Notes: generated by a model from the letters alone, not told the origin. Counted from the stretch's first letter, positions 37,003 to 47,296 are shown. The stretch is 64,000 bases of DNA from Burkholderiales bacterium (GCA_050741255.1 JBOIEQ010000001.1:9473-73472), one strand, 5' to 3'. Program-made: numbers and translations.

Positions 37003-37014
37003 ATCAAAACCGGT
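36994..37014. terminator. small hairpin whose loop carries both convergent stop codons (nhaA TGA and the oxidoreductase TGA)
   Basis: ACCGGTT-GAATCAA-AACCGGT, 7-bp stem. No U-tract, so terminator function is doubtful. Confidence 0.25.
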
Positions 37015-38239
37015 CGGGCCGATAGGGCGCGATGTCGATATTGGTCGGCCGGCCGCCGATGATCTCGGCGACGAGGCCCGCGGTCGGCGCCGCGCTGCAC
37101 AGCCCGACGTGGCCGTGGCCGAACGCGTAGACGACGTTTTTGAATTTCGTCGCGCGGCCGATGACCGGCAGCGAATCCGGCATGCAGGGCCGGTGCCCCA
37201 TCCACTTCGACACGTGCTGCGCGGACAGTTCGGGAATGATTTTTTCCACCTGCGCCTGCAGCACGTCCGCGCGCGCGTAGTTCGGCGGCGGCTCGAGGCC
37301 GGCCAGTTCGACGGAGCCGGCGACCCGCAGCCCCATCTCCATCGGCGTGACGAAGAACTTGCGTTCGGCAACGCTGATCGGGCGCGTCAGCGTGACCGTC
37401 GGCGCTTCGAACGTCGCGTGATAGCCGCGCTGCGTCTCCAGCGGCAGCTTGTCGCCCAGCTTGCGCGTGAATTCGTTCGAGTGGGCACCCGCGCAGATAA
37501 CCAGCGTTTCGACCGGCAGGCGGCCCTGATCGGTGAGCAGCGCCGTGGGCCCGTCCGCGCCGGTTTCGATGTCGAGCACCTTCTGCTGCAGGAGCCGACC
37601 GCCGTCGCGCTGGAACTGCGCGGCGAGCGCCTGCGTGAGCCGCAGCGGGTTGCGCACGTGCCCCTGCTCCGGCAGGAAGTAGCCCTTGATGTAGAGGTCG
37701 CGCAGGTTGGGTTCCATGCGCCGGATGTCTTCGCGGGACAATGGTTCGCAGACGACGCCGTGGTCGCGCCGCAACTGCATGCCCAGCGCGTCGGCCTGAT
37801 AGCCCGCTTCCGTTTCATACAGGATCAGGTAGCCGTCCTGGCGCACCAGGTCCTGCACCCCCGCCCATTGCGCGAGCGGCCGCCAGGTATCGAGCGTCTG
37901 CTTGAGCAGCGGGCGCAGCGACGCGGCGATCTTCTGCACCCGCGAAAGTTCGGACGCGGCAATGAAGCGCGCGAGCCACGGCAGGAGTTTCGGCAGGCAG
38001 GTCCAGTCGATGGCGAGCGGCCCCATCGGGTCCATCAGGTAGCCGGGCACCTTCTTCAGGATGCCGGGCATGGCCACCGGCACGATCGACCCGGGGGACA
38101 GGATGCCCGTGTTGCCGAACGAGCAGTATTCGCCCGGCGGGCGCATGTCCACGACGGTCACGTCGTGGCCTTCGCGCCGAAGCGTGCTGGCCGTGGCCAT
38201 GCCGACGACGCCGGCGCCGATGATGGTGATGCGCTGCAT
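37004..38239 (-). CDS. FAD-dependent oxidoreductase (D-amino-acid dehydrogenase-like)
   Basis: MQRITIIGAGVVGMATASTLRREGHDVTVVD...GHGHVGL. Confidence 0.85.
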   Translation of the reverse strand: MQRITIIGAGVVGMATASTLRREGHDVTVVDMRPPGEYCSFGNTGILSPGSIVPVAMPGILKKVPGYLMDPMGPLAIDWTCLPKLLPWLARFIAASELSRVQKIAASLRPLLKQTLDTWRPLAQWAGVQDLVRQDGYLILYETEAGYQADALGMQLRRDHGVVCEPLSREDIRRMEPNLRDLYIKGYFLPEQGHVRNPLRLTQALAAQFQRDGGRLLQQKVLDIETGADGPTALLTDQGRLPVETLVICAGAHSNEFTRKLGDKLPLETQRGYHATFEAPTVTLTRPISVAERKFFVTPMEMGLRVAGSVELAGLEPPPNYARADVLQAQVEKIIPELSAQHVSKWMGHRPCMPDSLPVIGRATKFKNVVYAFGHGHVGLCSAAPTAGLVAEIIGGRPTNIDIAPYRPDRF

Positions 38240-38331
38240 GGGGAAATTCCGGAAGAGGTTCGGCCGATTATAACGAGGCCGTTTGGCCCGCCCTGCGCTG
38301 CAATGCTAAAATGCCCGCGCTGAATCCGGAT

Positions 38332-38406
38332 GGGCGGTTAACTCAGCGGTAGAGTGCCACCTTCACACGGTGGAAGCCACTGGTTCGATCCCAGTACCGC
38401 CCACCA
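38332..38406 (+). tRNA. tRNA-Val (anticodon CAC)
   Basis: GGGCGGTTAACTCAGCGGTAGAGTGCCACCTTCACACGGTGGAAGCCACTGGTTCGATCCCAGTACCGCCCACCA. Full cloverleaf checked by hand. Confidence 0.9.
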
Positions 38407-38438
38407 TCCCCTCCACGCCCCTCGCGGCCAGTGGCGCC

Positions 38439-39275
38439 ATGGCTGAAGAATACGAATACGTCCCGCTGATCGCGCCACCGGCCGCCGTCGATGAACCCTG
38501 CCTGTGGTTCGCCTTCAAGGGCGCGGAACTGCTGATCGAAACGGGCGAGGACGGCCCCGGCATCCTGCAGTGCCGGTCGCTCGAAGAATTTGCGCTGAAG
38601 CCGGTCCGCACGCAGTACCTGGGAACACTCGGCGGTCGCCATTGCTACGCAACGGAACTGCCGGAGGACGCAAGCGCACCCGAGGGCCGCACCTTTTCCG
38701 GCCTTCGCCCCCTGTTCGGGACATTGGACGACACCTTGGTGGCGCTTGCCGGACGCGCCTTCCAGATCAAGGAATGGGACCGCAACCACCAGTTCTGCGG
38801 CCGCTGCGGCACGCCGACCGAGCAGCGGATGGACGAACGCTCACGCGCCTGCCCCGCCTGCCGCCACCGCAGCTATCCGCCGGTATCGCCCGCGGTGATG
38901 ATGCTGATCACCGATGGTCAGCGCCTTCTGCTGGCGCGCAAACCGGAATGGCCGGATCATCGCTACAGCGCGCTCGCCGGCTTCGTCGAGCCCGGCGAAT
39001 CGCTGGAAGACACCGTGCGGCGCGAGGCCATGGAGGAAGTCGGCGTGAAAGTGGGCGCGCTGCGCTATTTCGGCAGTCAGCCGTGGCCCTTCCCGCATTC
39101 GCTGATGGTGGCCTTTGTCGGCGAATACGCCGGTGGCGAGATCACGCCGGATGGCGTGGAAATCGCGGAGGCCCGGTGGTTCGAACCGGACGAGTTGCCG
39201 CGGCTGCCGCCGAGCATCTCGATTTCCCGCAAGCTGATCGATGCGACGGCGCGGGAGCTGCTGGCGGGACGGTAA
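38439..39275 (+). CDS. nudC: NAD(+) diphosphatase (NADH pyrophosphatase)
   Basis: Zn ribbon CGRCGTPT...CPAC and Nudix box GFVEPGESLEDTVRREAMEEVGV followed by SQPWPFPHSLM. The track start 38370 overlaps the tRNA and is rejected. Confidence 0.85.
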   Translation: MAEEYEYVPLIAPPAAVDEPCLWFAFKGAELLIETGEDGPGILQCRSLEEFALKPVRTQYLGTLGGRHCYATELPEDASAPEGRTFSGLRPLFGTLDDTLVALAGRAFQIKEWDRNHQFCGRCGTPTEQRMDERSRACPACRHRSYPPVSPAVMMLITDGQRLLLARKPEWPDHRYSALAGFVEPGESLEDTVRREAMEEVGVKVGALRYFGSQPWPFPHSLMVAFVGEYAGGEITPDGVEIAEARWFEPDELPRLPPSISISRKLIDATARELLAGR

Positions 39276-39291
39276 TTCTTGAAGCGGTTTC

Positions 39292-39357
39292 GCCGCCAAG
39301 ACGCCGAGTGACTTCCCGTTTTGTTGCTTTTCCTTGGCGTCTTGGCGTCTTGGCGGC
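39292..39357. repeat. REP family A copy (CCAAGACG-repeat palindrome; left arm degenerate)
   Basis: GCCGCCAAGACGCCGAG ... CCTTGGCGTCTTGGCGTCTTGGCGGC. The right arm is identical to the one at 61379..61404. Lies between convergent nudC and dnaQ. Confidence 0.6.
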
Positions 39358-39366
39358 AAATACGCT

Positions 39367-40068
39367 TTAGGCTTTTTCCAGCTTCAGCCACACGCACTTG
39401 CCCTTGCTCGCCTTGTCGAGCTCGGCCAGGTATTGCGCGTGCGCCGCGAGTTCTTCCGCATCGGCCGCCAGCGCCAGCACTTCCGCCATGCCGCCCGCCA
39501 CTGCCGCGAGCCCGTCCGCCGCGGTGGGCGCCACGTCCATGATCAGGCTGTTCTGGCCGCGCGTCATCGCCAGGTAGACCTCGGCGAGCAGCTCGGCGTC
39601 GAGCAGCGCCCCGTGGAGCGTCCGCGACGAATGGTCGATCTGGTAGCGCTCGCACAGCGCGTCGAGCGAGTTGCGCTTGCCGGGATGCAGATCGCGCGCC
39701 ATGCGCAGCGTGTCGATCACGACCGGGCAATGGTGCGCGAGCGGTTTGCGCTTCAACAGCGCGAACTCGCGGTCGAGGAAGCCCACGTCGAAGGGCGCGT
39801 TGTGGATGATGAGCTCGGCGCCCGTGATGAAGGCCAGCAGTTCGTCCGCGATGTCCTTGAACTTCGGCTTGTCGGCGAGCATCTCGTCGGTCAGCCCGTG
39901 CACCTGCTGCGCGCCGGCGTCGATCGCCCGCTCCGGATTGACGTAGCGCTGGAAGGTGTTGCCCGTCAGCCGGCGGTCGGCGAGTTCCAGCGCGGCGACC
40001 TCGATCACGCGGTGGCCGAGCGCCGGATCGAGGCCGGTGGTTTCGGTGTCGAGAATGATCTGCCGCAT
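39367..40068 (-). CDS. dnaQ: DNA polymerase III subunit epsilon
   Basis: MRQIILDTETTGL (ExoI), HNAPFDVGFL (ExoII), HGALLDAELLAEVY (ExoIII). Confidence 0.9.
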   Translation of the reverse strand: MRQIILDTETTGLDPALGHRVIEVAALELADRRLTGNTFQRYVNPERAIDAGAQQVHGLTDEMLADKPKFKDIADELLAFITGAELIIHNAPFDVGFLDREFALLKRKPLAHHCPVVIDTLRMARDLHPGKRNSLDALCERYQIDHSSRTLHGALLDAELLAEVYLAMTRGQNSLIMDVAPTAADGLAAVAGGMAEVLALAADAEELAAHAQYLAELDKASKGKCVWLKLEKA

Positions 40069-40074
40069 TTTTCC

Positions 40075-40154
40075 GTGAGGGGAGAGGGGTGAGGAGTGAG
40101 GGGGGAACCCCGCACTCCGCATTTACCCCTCTCCCCTCACCCCTTTCCCCTCAC
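40075..40154. repeat. REP family B copy (GTGAGGG/GAGAGGG heptad palindrome) between dnaQ and rnhA, overlapping the rnhA 3' end
   Basis: GTGAGGGGAGAGGGGTGAGGAGTGAGG (40075..40101) faces CCCCTCTCCCCTCAC-CCCTTTCCCCTCAC (40126..40154). The left arm is the exact reverse complement of 44798..44824. Confidence 0.6.
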
Positions 40155-40593
40155 TGGCCATCAAGGCCACGCCACGATTGGCCAATTCATCCGCCCGCTC
40201 GTTTTCGGGGTGTCCGTCGTGCCCCCGGACCCACAGCCATTCCACGCTGTGCTGCGCGGCGAGTTCGTCGAGCCGCCGCCACAGGTCCTCGTTCTTGACC
40301 GGCTTCTTGTCGGCGGTCTTCCAGCCGCGGCGCTTCCAGGCGTGGATCCACTCGCTGATGCCGAGTTGGACGTACTGCGAGTCGGTGTAGAGCCGCACCT
40401 GCGAGCGCGCCGTCAGCGCCGTCAGCGCCTCGATCACGGCGGTCAGCTCCATGCGGTTGTTCGTGGTGTGCGCTTCGCCGCCGAACAATTCGCGCTCGCG
40501 CGCGCCGCACCTCAGCAGCACGCCCCAACCGCCGATACCCGGGTTCCCCTTGCAGGCCCCGTCGGTATAGGCCTCCACGAGCGGCTCGCTCAT
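40123..40593 (-). CDS. rnhA: ribonuclease HI
   Basis: [22 protein letters not shown]...[15 protein letters not shown]...YTDSQYV...[18 protein letters not shown]. The last 11 residues ([11 protein letters not shown]) are encoded by the REP-B element. Confidence 0.9.
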   Translation of the reverse strand: MSEPLVEAYTDGACKGNPGIGGWGVLLRCGARERELFGGEAHTTNNRMELTAVIEALTALTARSQVRLYTDSQYVQLGISEWIHAWKRRGWKTADKKPVKNEDLWRRLDELAAQHSVEWLWVRGHDGHPENERADELANRGVALMASEGKGVRGEG

Positions 40594-41378
40594 GCGCTGC
40601 GGTCGCTTTCGCGTGCCACCATCGGCTCACGGACTTTTTCCGGCACCGGCGCCGCGAGCGGTTTCTTGGCAGCCACGCGGTCGCTCCACTGCGGCATGAT
40701 GAGCCGCAGCCCGCGCACGCGCTTGACCGCCTGCAGGAAATAAACGCCGCCGGCGATCGGCCACCAGCGGTCGCCCGCGGATTCCATGAACGCGAAGCGA
40801 TCGCGCCACCGGTCCTCGCGGGAAGGCGGCGCATAGCAGGCCATCTGGCCGGCCACGATTTCCAGCCCGAGCAGCGCGAGCCAGTCCTTGATGCGCGGCA
40901 GATTGATGAAACGGCCGTTCCACGGTGCCTGCGTACGGCCGCCGAATGCGCGGCGCAGGCCCCACAGGCTCCACGGATTGAATGCAGCGATCACGACGTG
41001 CCCTTCCGGCATCAGCGCGCGTGCGACCTCGCGCAGGATCTGGTGCGGATGCGGGTCGAATTCAAGCACGTGCGGCAGCAGGATGAGGTCGGCGCTGGCG
41101 GTCGCGAGCGGGAGTTCGCGCGCATCTGCGCGCACCTGCACGCCGGGTTCGACTCCCAGGGTGCAGCGATGGGAAATCCGGCTGGCGCGCAGGTAATCGA
41201 GACGCGGCAGTCCCACCTGGATCGCGTTGTAGCCAAAGACATCGGCCACCGCGCGGTCGAAATAGTCCTGTTCGCGCGCCTGGACGTAATGCCCGAGCGG
41301 CGTCTCGAACCACTCGCTGAGCGTGGCGGCGGCGGGCACGGGGGGCACCGGCGTCGCGGCGGGCGCATCGATTGACAT
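40590..41378 (-). CDS. class I SAM-dependent methyltransferase (YafS-like, conserved gloB/rnhA neighbour)
   Basis: [46 protein letters not shown] overlap with rnhA. Synteny as in E. coli yafS-rnhA. Confidence 0.85.
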   Translation of the reverse strand: MSIDAPAATPVPPVPAAATLSEWFETPLGHYVQAREQDYFDRAVADVFGYNAIQVGLPRLDYLRASRISHRCTLGVEPGVQVRADARELPLATASADLILLPHVLEFDPHPHQILREVARALMPEGHVVIAAFNPWSLWGLRRAFGGRTQAPWNGRFINLPRIKDWLALLGLEIVAGQMACYAPPSREDRWRDRFAFMESAGDRWWPIAGGVYFLQAVKRVRGLRLIMPQWSDRVAAKKPLAAPVPEKVREPMVARESDRSA

Positions 41379-41450
41379 GCGGCGAGTTTAATTCAAAGAT
41401 ACCCGCGACGGCACCGTTGCCTCCGCATTCCGACTCCTGAATCCTGCCCT

Positions 41451-42227
41451 ATGCTTTCCGTCATCCCCGTTCCCGCCTTCACCGACAACTACATCTGGGT
41501 CATCCACGACGGCAAGCAGGCGGCCGTCGTCGATCCCGGCGAAGCACGCCCGGCACTCGAGTTTCTCGCGCGTGAAAAACTCAAGCTCTCGGCCGTCCTG
41601 CTCACGCATCACCACCCCGACCACATCGGCGGGCTGGCGGAACTGCTGGCGCACGCGCCGTCCGCGGCGCCGGTATCCGTGTTCGCACCGCACGACGAGC
41701 GCATCGCCCAGGTCACGCACCGGATGCGCGAGGGCGAGCGGGCGACGCTGCCTGCGCTCGGCGTCACGCTGGAGGTGCTGGAGGTTCCCGCCCACACCCG
41801 CACGCACATCGCCTTTCACGGCGCGGGCATGCTGTTTTGCGGCGACACCCTGTTCGCGTGCGGCTGCGGGCGGCTGTTCGAAGGCACGCCCGCGCAGATG
41901 CATGCGGCCCTGACCAAACTCGCGGCCCTGCCGGGCGACACCCGGGTCTACTGCGGGCACGAATACACGCTGGCGAACATCACGTTCGCACGGGCGGCGG
42001 AACCGGACAACCAGGACCTCCCGGCGCTGGAGGCGCGCTGCAAGGCTCTGCGCGCCAAGAACCAGCCGACCCTGCCGTCCACCATCGCCCAGGAACGGGC
42101 CATGAACCCCTTTGTGCGGGTGACCGCGCCCGGCGTCGTGGCCTCGGCCAGCCGCCAGTCTGGCCGGCCGCTGACCGATCCGGTGGCCGTACTTGGGGCC
42201 ATCCGCGAATGGAAAAACAACTTCTGA
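41451..42227 (+). CDS. gloB: hydroxyacylglutathione hydrolase (glyoxalase II)
   Basis: FTDNYIWVIHD...LLTHHHPDHIGG...TRTHIAF...CGHEYT. Confidence 0.9.
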   Translation: MLSVIPVPAFTDNYIWVIHDGKQAAVVDPGEARPALEFLAREKLKLSAVLLTHHHPDHIGGLAELLAHAPSAAPVSVFAPHDERIAQVTHRMREGERATLPALGVTLEVLEVPAHTRTHIAFHGAGMLFCGDTLFACGCGRLFEGTPAQMHAALTKLAALPGDTRVYCGHEYTLANITFARAAEPDNQDLPALEARCKALRAKNQPTLPSTIAQERAMNPFVRVTAPGVVASASRQSGRPLTDPVAVLGAIREWKNNF

Positions 42228-42305
42228 TCGCAGACGCAGACCACATCCTTCCCGATTGATTTTGTTCGGTTTTTTCTCTTGACCCTGGCATGGTCGCGGG
42301 TTAGC

Positions 42306-43721
42306 ATGCCCACGTTTTTTGTCCAGACCATGCCGACACCGACTGCCCTTCTCCGTACCATCCTTGCCGCCCTGACCTTCGGCAGCGCGCTCGCGCTGAG
42401 CCCGCTGGCCAGCGCTCAGGCAGTGGATGACGAGATAGAGGCTGCCCTGCCGGCCGATGCCCAGCCCCAGACCCCGCCGGCCATCCCGGCCGTGGCAGCA
42501 CCTGCCGGCGATCCGCCGGCCGCGGCGGAAGTGGTGGCGCCTAAAAGCCTGTGGACCCGCGTCCGCGCCGGCTTCCGCATCGATGACATCGAAACACCGT
42601 TGGTGCAGTCGCAGGAAGAGTGGTTAGCGGCCCGCCCGGAATACCTCCGCCGGGTCGTCGAGCGCAGCCGCCGCTACCTCTACTTCATCGTCCAATCGAT
42701 CGAGAGCCGGGGCATGCCGACGGAGATCGCGTTGCTGCCGATCATCGAAAGCGCTTACAACCCGGTCGCTTATTCCCGCGCCCACGCCTCCGGCATCTGG
42801 CAGTTCATCCCGTCCACCGGCAAGCACTACGGCCTGAGCCAGGATTTCTGGTACGACGGTCGCCGCGACGTGCTCGCCGCTACCGACGCCGCACTCGATT
42901 ACCTGGAAAAACTCTATGCGCAGTTCGGCAGTTGGGAACTGGCGCTGGCCGCCTACAACTGGGGCGAGGGCGCCGTCGAGCGGGCCATCGCGAAGAACAC
43001 GGCCAAGGGGCTGCCGACGAATTACCTGAGCCTCACCATGCCGAACGAGACGCGCTGGTACGTGCCCAAGCTGCAGGCCGTGAAAAACATTATCGCCAAT
43101 CCTGAGCGCTACGGCCTCACGCTGCCCGAAGTCGCCAACGAGCCTTACTTCGCGGTGGTGACGACGACGCGGCCGATGGACGTGAAGCTCGCCGCCAAGC
43201 TTGCCGAAGTGCCGATGGAAGAGTTTCTGTCGCTGAACGCCGGCCACATGCGGCCGGTGATCCGGGCGAACGGCAGTCAGTCATTGCTGGTGCCGGTGGA
43301 CAAGGTCGACCGCTTCCAGGCGAACCTCGCGAGCCACGACCAGCCCTTCCTGTCGTGGCAGGTGCATACCGTGCAAAAGGGCGAGCAGCCCGACGGCATC
43401 GCCAGGCGCTACGGGACGTCGCTGTCGGCGCTGAAGGAAATCAACGGCAACCGCAAGTTCACGCCGGGCGCCGCCGTGCTGGTGCCCGCCAGGGCCGGTG
43501 CAACGGCGTCGCATCTGCCCGATCTGCCGGCCCTGCCGGTGGCGAAGATGGCGAAGGCTCCGCCCCCGCGCAAAGGCACCAAGCTCGCGCAGGCCGGCAA
43601 GGGGCGCACCGTGAAGGTTGCCGGCACTCCGGCGACACGCAAAACCGCCAAGCCCGCCGCCGTCCGCGGCAAACCCGCGCCCCAGAAGAAGATCGTCGTC
43701 GCCGACAGCGCGAAACGTTAA
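42306..43721 (+). CDS. mltD: MltD-like lytic murein transglycosylase with LysM domain and Lys/Ala/Pro-rich tail
   Basis: LPIIESAYNPVAYSRAHASGIWQFIPSTGKHYGL (SLT) and LysM-like HTVQKGEQPDGIARRYGTSLSALKEINGN. gloB-mltD synteny. Start 42306 or 42330. Confidence 0.8.
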   Translation: MPTFFVQTMPTPTALLRTILAALTFGSALALSPLASAQAVDDEIEAALPADAQPQTPPAIPAVAAPAGDPPAAAEVVAPKSLWTRVRAGFRIDDIETPLVQSQEEWLAARPEYLRRVVERSRRYLYFIVQSIESRGMPTEIALLPIIESAYNPVAYSRAHASGIWQFIPSTGKHYGLSQDFWYDGRRDVLAATDAALDYLEKLYAQFGSWELALAAYNWGEGAVERAIAKNTAKGLPTNYLSLTMPNETRWYVPKLQAVKNIIANPERYGLTLPEVANEPYFAVVTTTRPMDVKLAAKLAEVPMEEFLSLNAGHMRPVIRANGSQSLLVPVDKVDRFQANLASHDQPFLSWQVHTVQKGEQPDGIARRYGTSLSALKEINGNRKFTPGAAVLVPARAGATASHLPDLPALPVAKMAKAPPPRKGTKLAQAGKGRTVKVAGTPATRKTAKPAAVRGKPAPQKKIVVADSAKR

Positions 43722-43751
43722 CGACGTGCCGCGGCCCTCGCGGTCCCCCGC

Positions 43752-45800
43752 TCAGTCCTGCAGGTACAGATGGCAATCGGCGCGATGCGTCGCGCTGAAC
43801 GGCGCCGTCCGCGGCCAGCGCTCCGCGCATTGCGGCAGCGCCTGCGGACAGCGCGGATGGAAATGACAGCCCGCCGGCGGATGAACCGGTGACGGCAGGT
43901 CCCCCGGCAGCCTGATCACCGGCCGCCGCGCCGCGCCCTCCGCCGGCAGTTGCGGCACCGCCGACAACAGCGCCTGGGTATAGGGGTGGCGCGGCCGTCC
44001 CAGCACCTCCTCCGCACTGCCGGACTCGACGATACGGCCGAGGTACATCACCGCCACGTCGTGCGCGAGATACTCCACCACCGCCAGGTTGTGCGTGATG
44101 AAGAGGTAGGCGAGTCCGCGGCGCTCCTGCAGGCCTTTCAGCAGGTTCAGTATCTGCGCCTGCACCGAGACGTCGAGCGCGCTGGTCGGCTCGTCGCACA
44201 CCAGCAACTGCGGCTCGACGGCGAGCGCGCGCGCGATGGCGATGCGCTGCCGCTGGCCACCCGAGAATTCGTGCGGGTAGCGGTACTTGGTGTCCGCGCC
44301 GAGGCCCACTTCCTCGAGCAAGCGGTCGACACGCGCCTGGCGATCGGCGTCCGAGCTCCCCACGCCCAGCGCCCGCATGCCTTCGGCGATGATCTCCGCC
44401 ACGCGCATGCGCGGATTCAGCGACGCGTACGGATCCTGAAACACGATCTGCGCTGCCCGCCGCCGCCCGCGCAGTTGGCGCAGCGAGAGCCGTGTCCAGT
44501 CCTCGCCCGCCAGCAGCACCCGCCCGCCGGTCGGCTCGACCAGTCGCAGCAGTCCCTTGCCCACGGTCGTCTTCCCGCAACCCGATTCGCCGACCAGCGC
44601 GAGCGTGCGTCCCGCGGCCAGCGTGAGCGAGATGCCGTCCACCGCGCGCACGTGCGCAACCGCGCGTCGCAACAGGCCTTTGCGGATGGGGAAATGGACT
44701 TGCAGGTCTTCGACCGTGAGGAGTGAGGAGTGAGGGGTGAGGGGAAAAGCCGGCGAAGACGCGGCGGCATCGGTCGTGGCAGGAGCCACGGTTTCCACCT
44801 CACTCCTCACCCCTCTCCCCTCACCGTGTTCGCCACTGGCGAACAGATGACACCTTGCCTCGCTGCCGGCCGGGGTTGCGTACATCGGTGGCGCTTCCGT
44901 CCGGCAGCGCGCCCACGCAAAATCACAGCGGTCGGCGAACCGACAGCCGGTGAAGGCATGCGTCAGCGGCGGCACGCTGCCGCGGATAACCTGGAGGGGC
45001 GCGCCCCGGCGTACGCCCGCCGGCAGCGAGGCAAAGAGCTTGCGCGAGTAGGGGTGCGAAGGCGAGCGGAAGAACGCGTCGCGTGCGGCGACCTCCACCA
45101 GTTCCCCGGCGTACATCACGCCGACCCGGTGCGCGGTTTCGGCCACCACTGCGAGGTCGTGCGTGATCAGCAGCATTGCGAGCCCGCGCGCGCGCTGCAG
45201 TTCGCGCAGCAGTTCGAGGATCTGCGCCTGGATCGTGACATCGAGTGCGGTCGTCGGCTCGTCCGCGACCAGCAGCGCCGGGTCGCAGGCGAGCGCGATG
45301 GCGATCATCACGCGCTGCTTGAGACCGCCGGAGAGCTCGAAAGGATAGGCGCCGAGCCGCCGGCGCGCCTCCGGAATGCGCACCGCGTCCAGCAGCTCCA
45401 GCACGCGGGCGTCGAGCGCGGAACCGGCAAGCGCCGTGTGCCTCGCCAGCACTTCGGCGATCTGCGCGCCGACGGTCATGACCGGGTTCAGGCTCGCGGC
45501 GGGCTCCTGAAAGATCATCGCCACCTGGCGGCCACGCACGGTGCGCATCGCCGCTTCCGGCAGCGCCAGCAGGTCCGTGCCGTCGAATTCAATGCGCCCC
45601 GCGGCGACGTGCGCCGCGTCCGGCAGCAGCCGCAGGATGGACAGCGCCGTCATCGATTTCCCGCAACCCGATTCCCCGAGCAGCGCGAAAGTTTCCCCGC
45701 GCGCGATCTCGAAGGAGATGCCGTCCACGGCCGTCACCAGCGCTTCGCCGGTGTCGATGCACGTGGTGAGACCCGATACCCGGAGCAGCGGCGCGCTCAT
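43752..45800 (-). CDS. fused double-ATPase ABC transporter protein (YejF-like, DppD/DppF-type halves)
   Basis: Two Walker A sites ([16 protein letters not shown]), two LSGG signatures ([16 protein letters not shown]) and two C-terminal oligopeptide-type Cys motifs. The Arg-rich 164-aa track extension is rejected. ATGA overlap with the permease gene. Confidence 0.9.
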   Translation of the reverse strand: MSAPLLRVSGLTTCIDTGEALVTAVDGISFEIARGETFALLGESGCGKSMTALSILRLLPDAAHVAAGRIEFDGTDLLALPEAAMRTVRGRQVAMIFQEPAASLNPVMTVGAQIAEVLARHTALAGSALDARVLELLDAVRIPEARRRLGAYPFELSGGLKQRVMIAIALACDPALLVADEPTTALDVTIQAQILELLRELQRARGLAMLLITHDLAVVAETAHRVGVMYAGELVEVAARDAFFRSPSHPYSRKLFASLPAGVRRGAPLQVIRGSVPPLTHAFTGCRFADRCDFAWARCRTEAPPMYATPAGSEARCHLFASGEHGEGRGVRSEVETVAPATTDAAASSPAFPLTPHSSLLTVEDLQVHFPIRKGLLRRAVAHVRAVDGISLTLAAGRTLALVGESGCGKTTVGKGLLRLVEPTGGRVLLAGEDWTRLSLRQLRGRRRAAQIVFQDPYASLNPRMRVAEIIAEGMRALGVGSSDADRQARVDRLLEEVGLGADTKYRYPHEFSGGQRQRIAIARALAVEPQLLVCDEPTSALDVSVQAQILNLLKGLQERRGLAYLFITHNLAVVEYLAHDVAVMYLGRIVESGSAEEVLGRPRHPYTQALLSAVPQLPAEGAARRPVIRLPGDLPSPVHPPAGCHFHPRCPQALPQCAERWPRTAPFSATHRADCHLYLQD
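44716..44824. repeat. REP family B copy located inside the ABC ATPase coding sequence (inter-domain linker)
   Basis: GTGAGGAGTGAGGAGTGAGGGGTGAGGGG (44716..44744) and CCTCACTCCTCACCCCTCTCCCCTCAC (44798..44824) form an inverted repeat. Translated on the minus strand as [13 protein letters not shown]...[12 protein letters not shown]. Confidence 0.6.
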
Positions 45801-47284
45801 GCGGCCTGCCCGCGGCCGCGCCGCCGCGCGAGGGTGGCCAGATACGCGGCCACGCGCGCCGGCGTGAGGCGGCGCGGGCGGATGCGCGGGTCCAGCGCGT
45901 CGCGCACGGCATCGGCGAAAAGGTTCGCCGCCAGCACCAGCACCAGCATGAAGCAGAAGGCCGAGGCCAGCGCCCACCACACCACGGGCTCCCGACCCAT
46001 CTCCAGGCGCGCGCTGTTGATCATCGTGCCGAAGCTGTTCATCGACGGATCCACGCCAACGCCCACGTAGGACAGCACCGCTTCCGCGAGTACCAGGCTG
46101 CTGAAGTCCATGACCAGCGCGATCAGCACTATGTGCAGCACGTTCGGCAGCAGGTGGCGGGTGATGATCGTCCAGTCGGATACCCCGAAGGCGTGCGCGG
46201 CCTGGACGAATTCCACTTCCCGCAGCTTCAGGGTCTCGCCGCGCAGCAGGCGCGCGAGGCCCGTCCAGCTCGTGATGCCGAGAATCGCGCACAGGATCGC
46301 CAGCCGCCAGTCCGCGCGCTTGACCACCGTGTCGAACATCGCCCAGTCGCTGTGGGTGTCGATGAAGACCTGCATCATCACCACGCAGGCCGCGATCAGC
46401 AGCACGCCGGGAATCGACGACAGCGTGGTGTACACATACTGCACCAGGTCATCCACCCAGCCCCGAAAGTAGCCCGCCGCGATGCCGGCGAAGACCGCCA
46501 GCGGCAGCATGATCAATGTCGCCAGTGTGCCGATCACGAGGCCGGTGCGGATGCTCTTCAGCGACAGGTACAGCACATCCTGCCCCGTTTTGTCCGTGCC
46601 CAGCACGTGGTAGCCCGTGGCCAGCGCGGCCACCACGCCCGCCAACACGCACAACGCGCCCGCGACGGCGAGCATCACGTCCCACGGCGCATCCGTCTCC
46701 CCCGCCCATACGCGCTGCCACGCGTCTTTGAGACCATCTTCCCGGCGCCGCGCGAGCACCGCGCAGATGGCCAGCACGAGGATGCACCAGACCAGCCCGC
46801 CACCGAGCAGGCCGGCCAGCGTGCGCTTCGCCACGTCGCCGGCCCAGTCGGCGGCGGGATCCTTCAGGTGAGCGCCACCAAAGCGCAGGCGCGGATACTC
46901 ACGGACTTGCGTGCCATCCGGCAGCTCCACCGTTTCCTTGGAATAAAGATGGGTGGCGAGCGGCGCGGAGTAGGTCTTCTCGCGCTCCGCGCGCAGCCTC
47001 CCCAGCAATGCGTCGAGCGCGGAGCGCGTTTCCGTCGAAAATGCGCGCTTGCCATCCTGTGCCGGCAGGAGCGGGTTGTAGTGAAGGCTGTCGAGCAGCC
47101 CGATCACGACGAACACGGTCAGCACGACCGCGGCGCCCATGCCCCGGCGACTGCGCGCGACGCGTCGCCACGGCGCGCGGAGGTGCTCGTGACGACGGAG
47201 GTACCACGCGAGCAGCGCGCTCATCGCCAGCAACAGAAACACCAACGCATCCGTGACGAGGAGGACCGGCTGGAACGGCAGCAT
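45797..47284 (-). CDS. ABC transporter permease (YejE-like)
   Basis: Multiple TM segments, long periplasmic N-terminal region, and BPD_transp_1 EAA-type loop (AAHAFGVSDWTIITRHLLPN). Confidence 0.85.
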   Translation of the reverse strand: MLPFQPVLLVTDALVFLLLAMSALLAWYLRRHEHLRAPWRRVARSRRGMGAAVVLTVFVVIGLLDSLHYNPLLPAQDGKRAFSTETRSALDALLGRLRAEREKTYSAPLATHLYSKETVELPDGTQVREYPRLRFGGAHLKDPAADWAGDVAKRTLAGLLGGGLVWCILVLAICAVLARRREDGLKDAWQRVWAGETDAPWDVMLAVAGALCVLAGVVAALATGYHVLGTDKTGQDVLYLSLKSIRTGLVIGTLATLIMLPLAVFAGIAAGYFRGWVDDLVQYVYTTLSSIPGVLLIAACVVMMQVFIDTHSDWAMFDTVVKRADWRLAILCAILGITSWTGLARLLRGETLKLREVEFVQAAHAFGVSDWTIITRHLLPNVLHIVLIALVMDFSSLVLAEAVLSYVGVGVDPSMNSFGTMINSARLEMGREPVVWWALASAFCFMLVLVLAANLFADAVRDALDPRIRPRRLTPARVAAYLATLARRRGRGQAA

Positions 47285-47296
47285 GGCGGTGTCCGC

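Noticed and set aside
39330-39357. Tandem GGCGTCTT repeats considered as a CRISPR- or VNTR-like array.
   Set aside because: There are only 2-3 units of 8 nt with no spacers. They are the arms of a palindromic REP element (family A).
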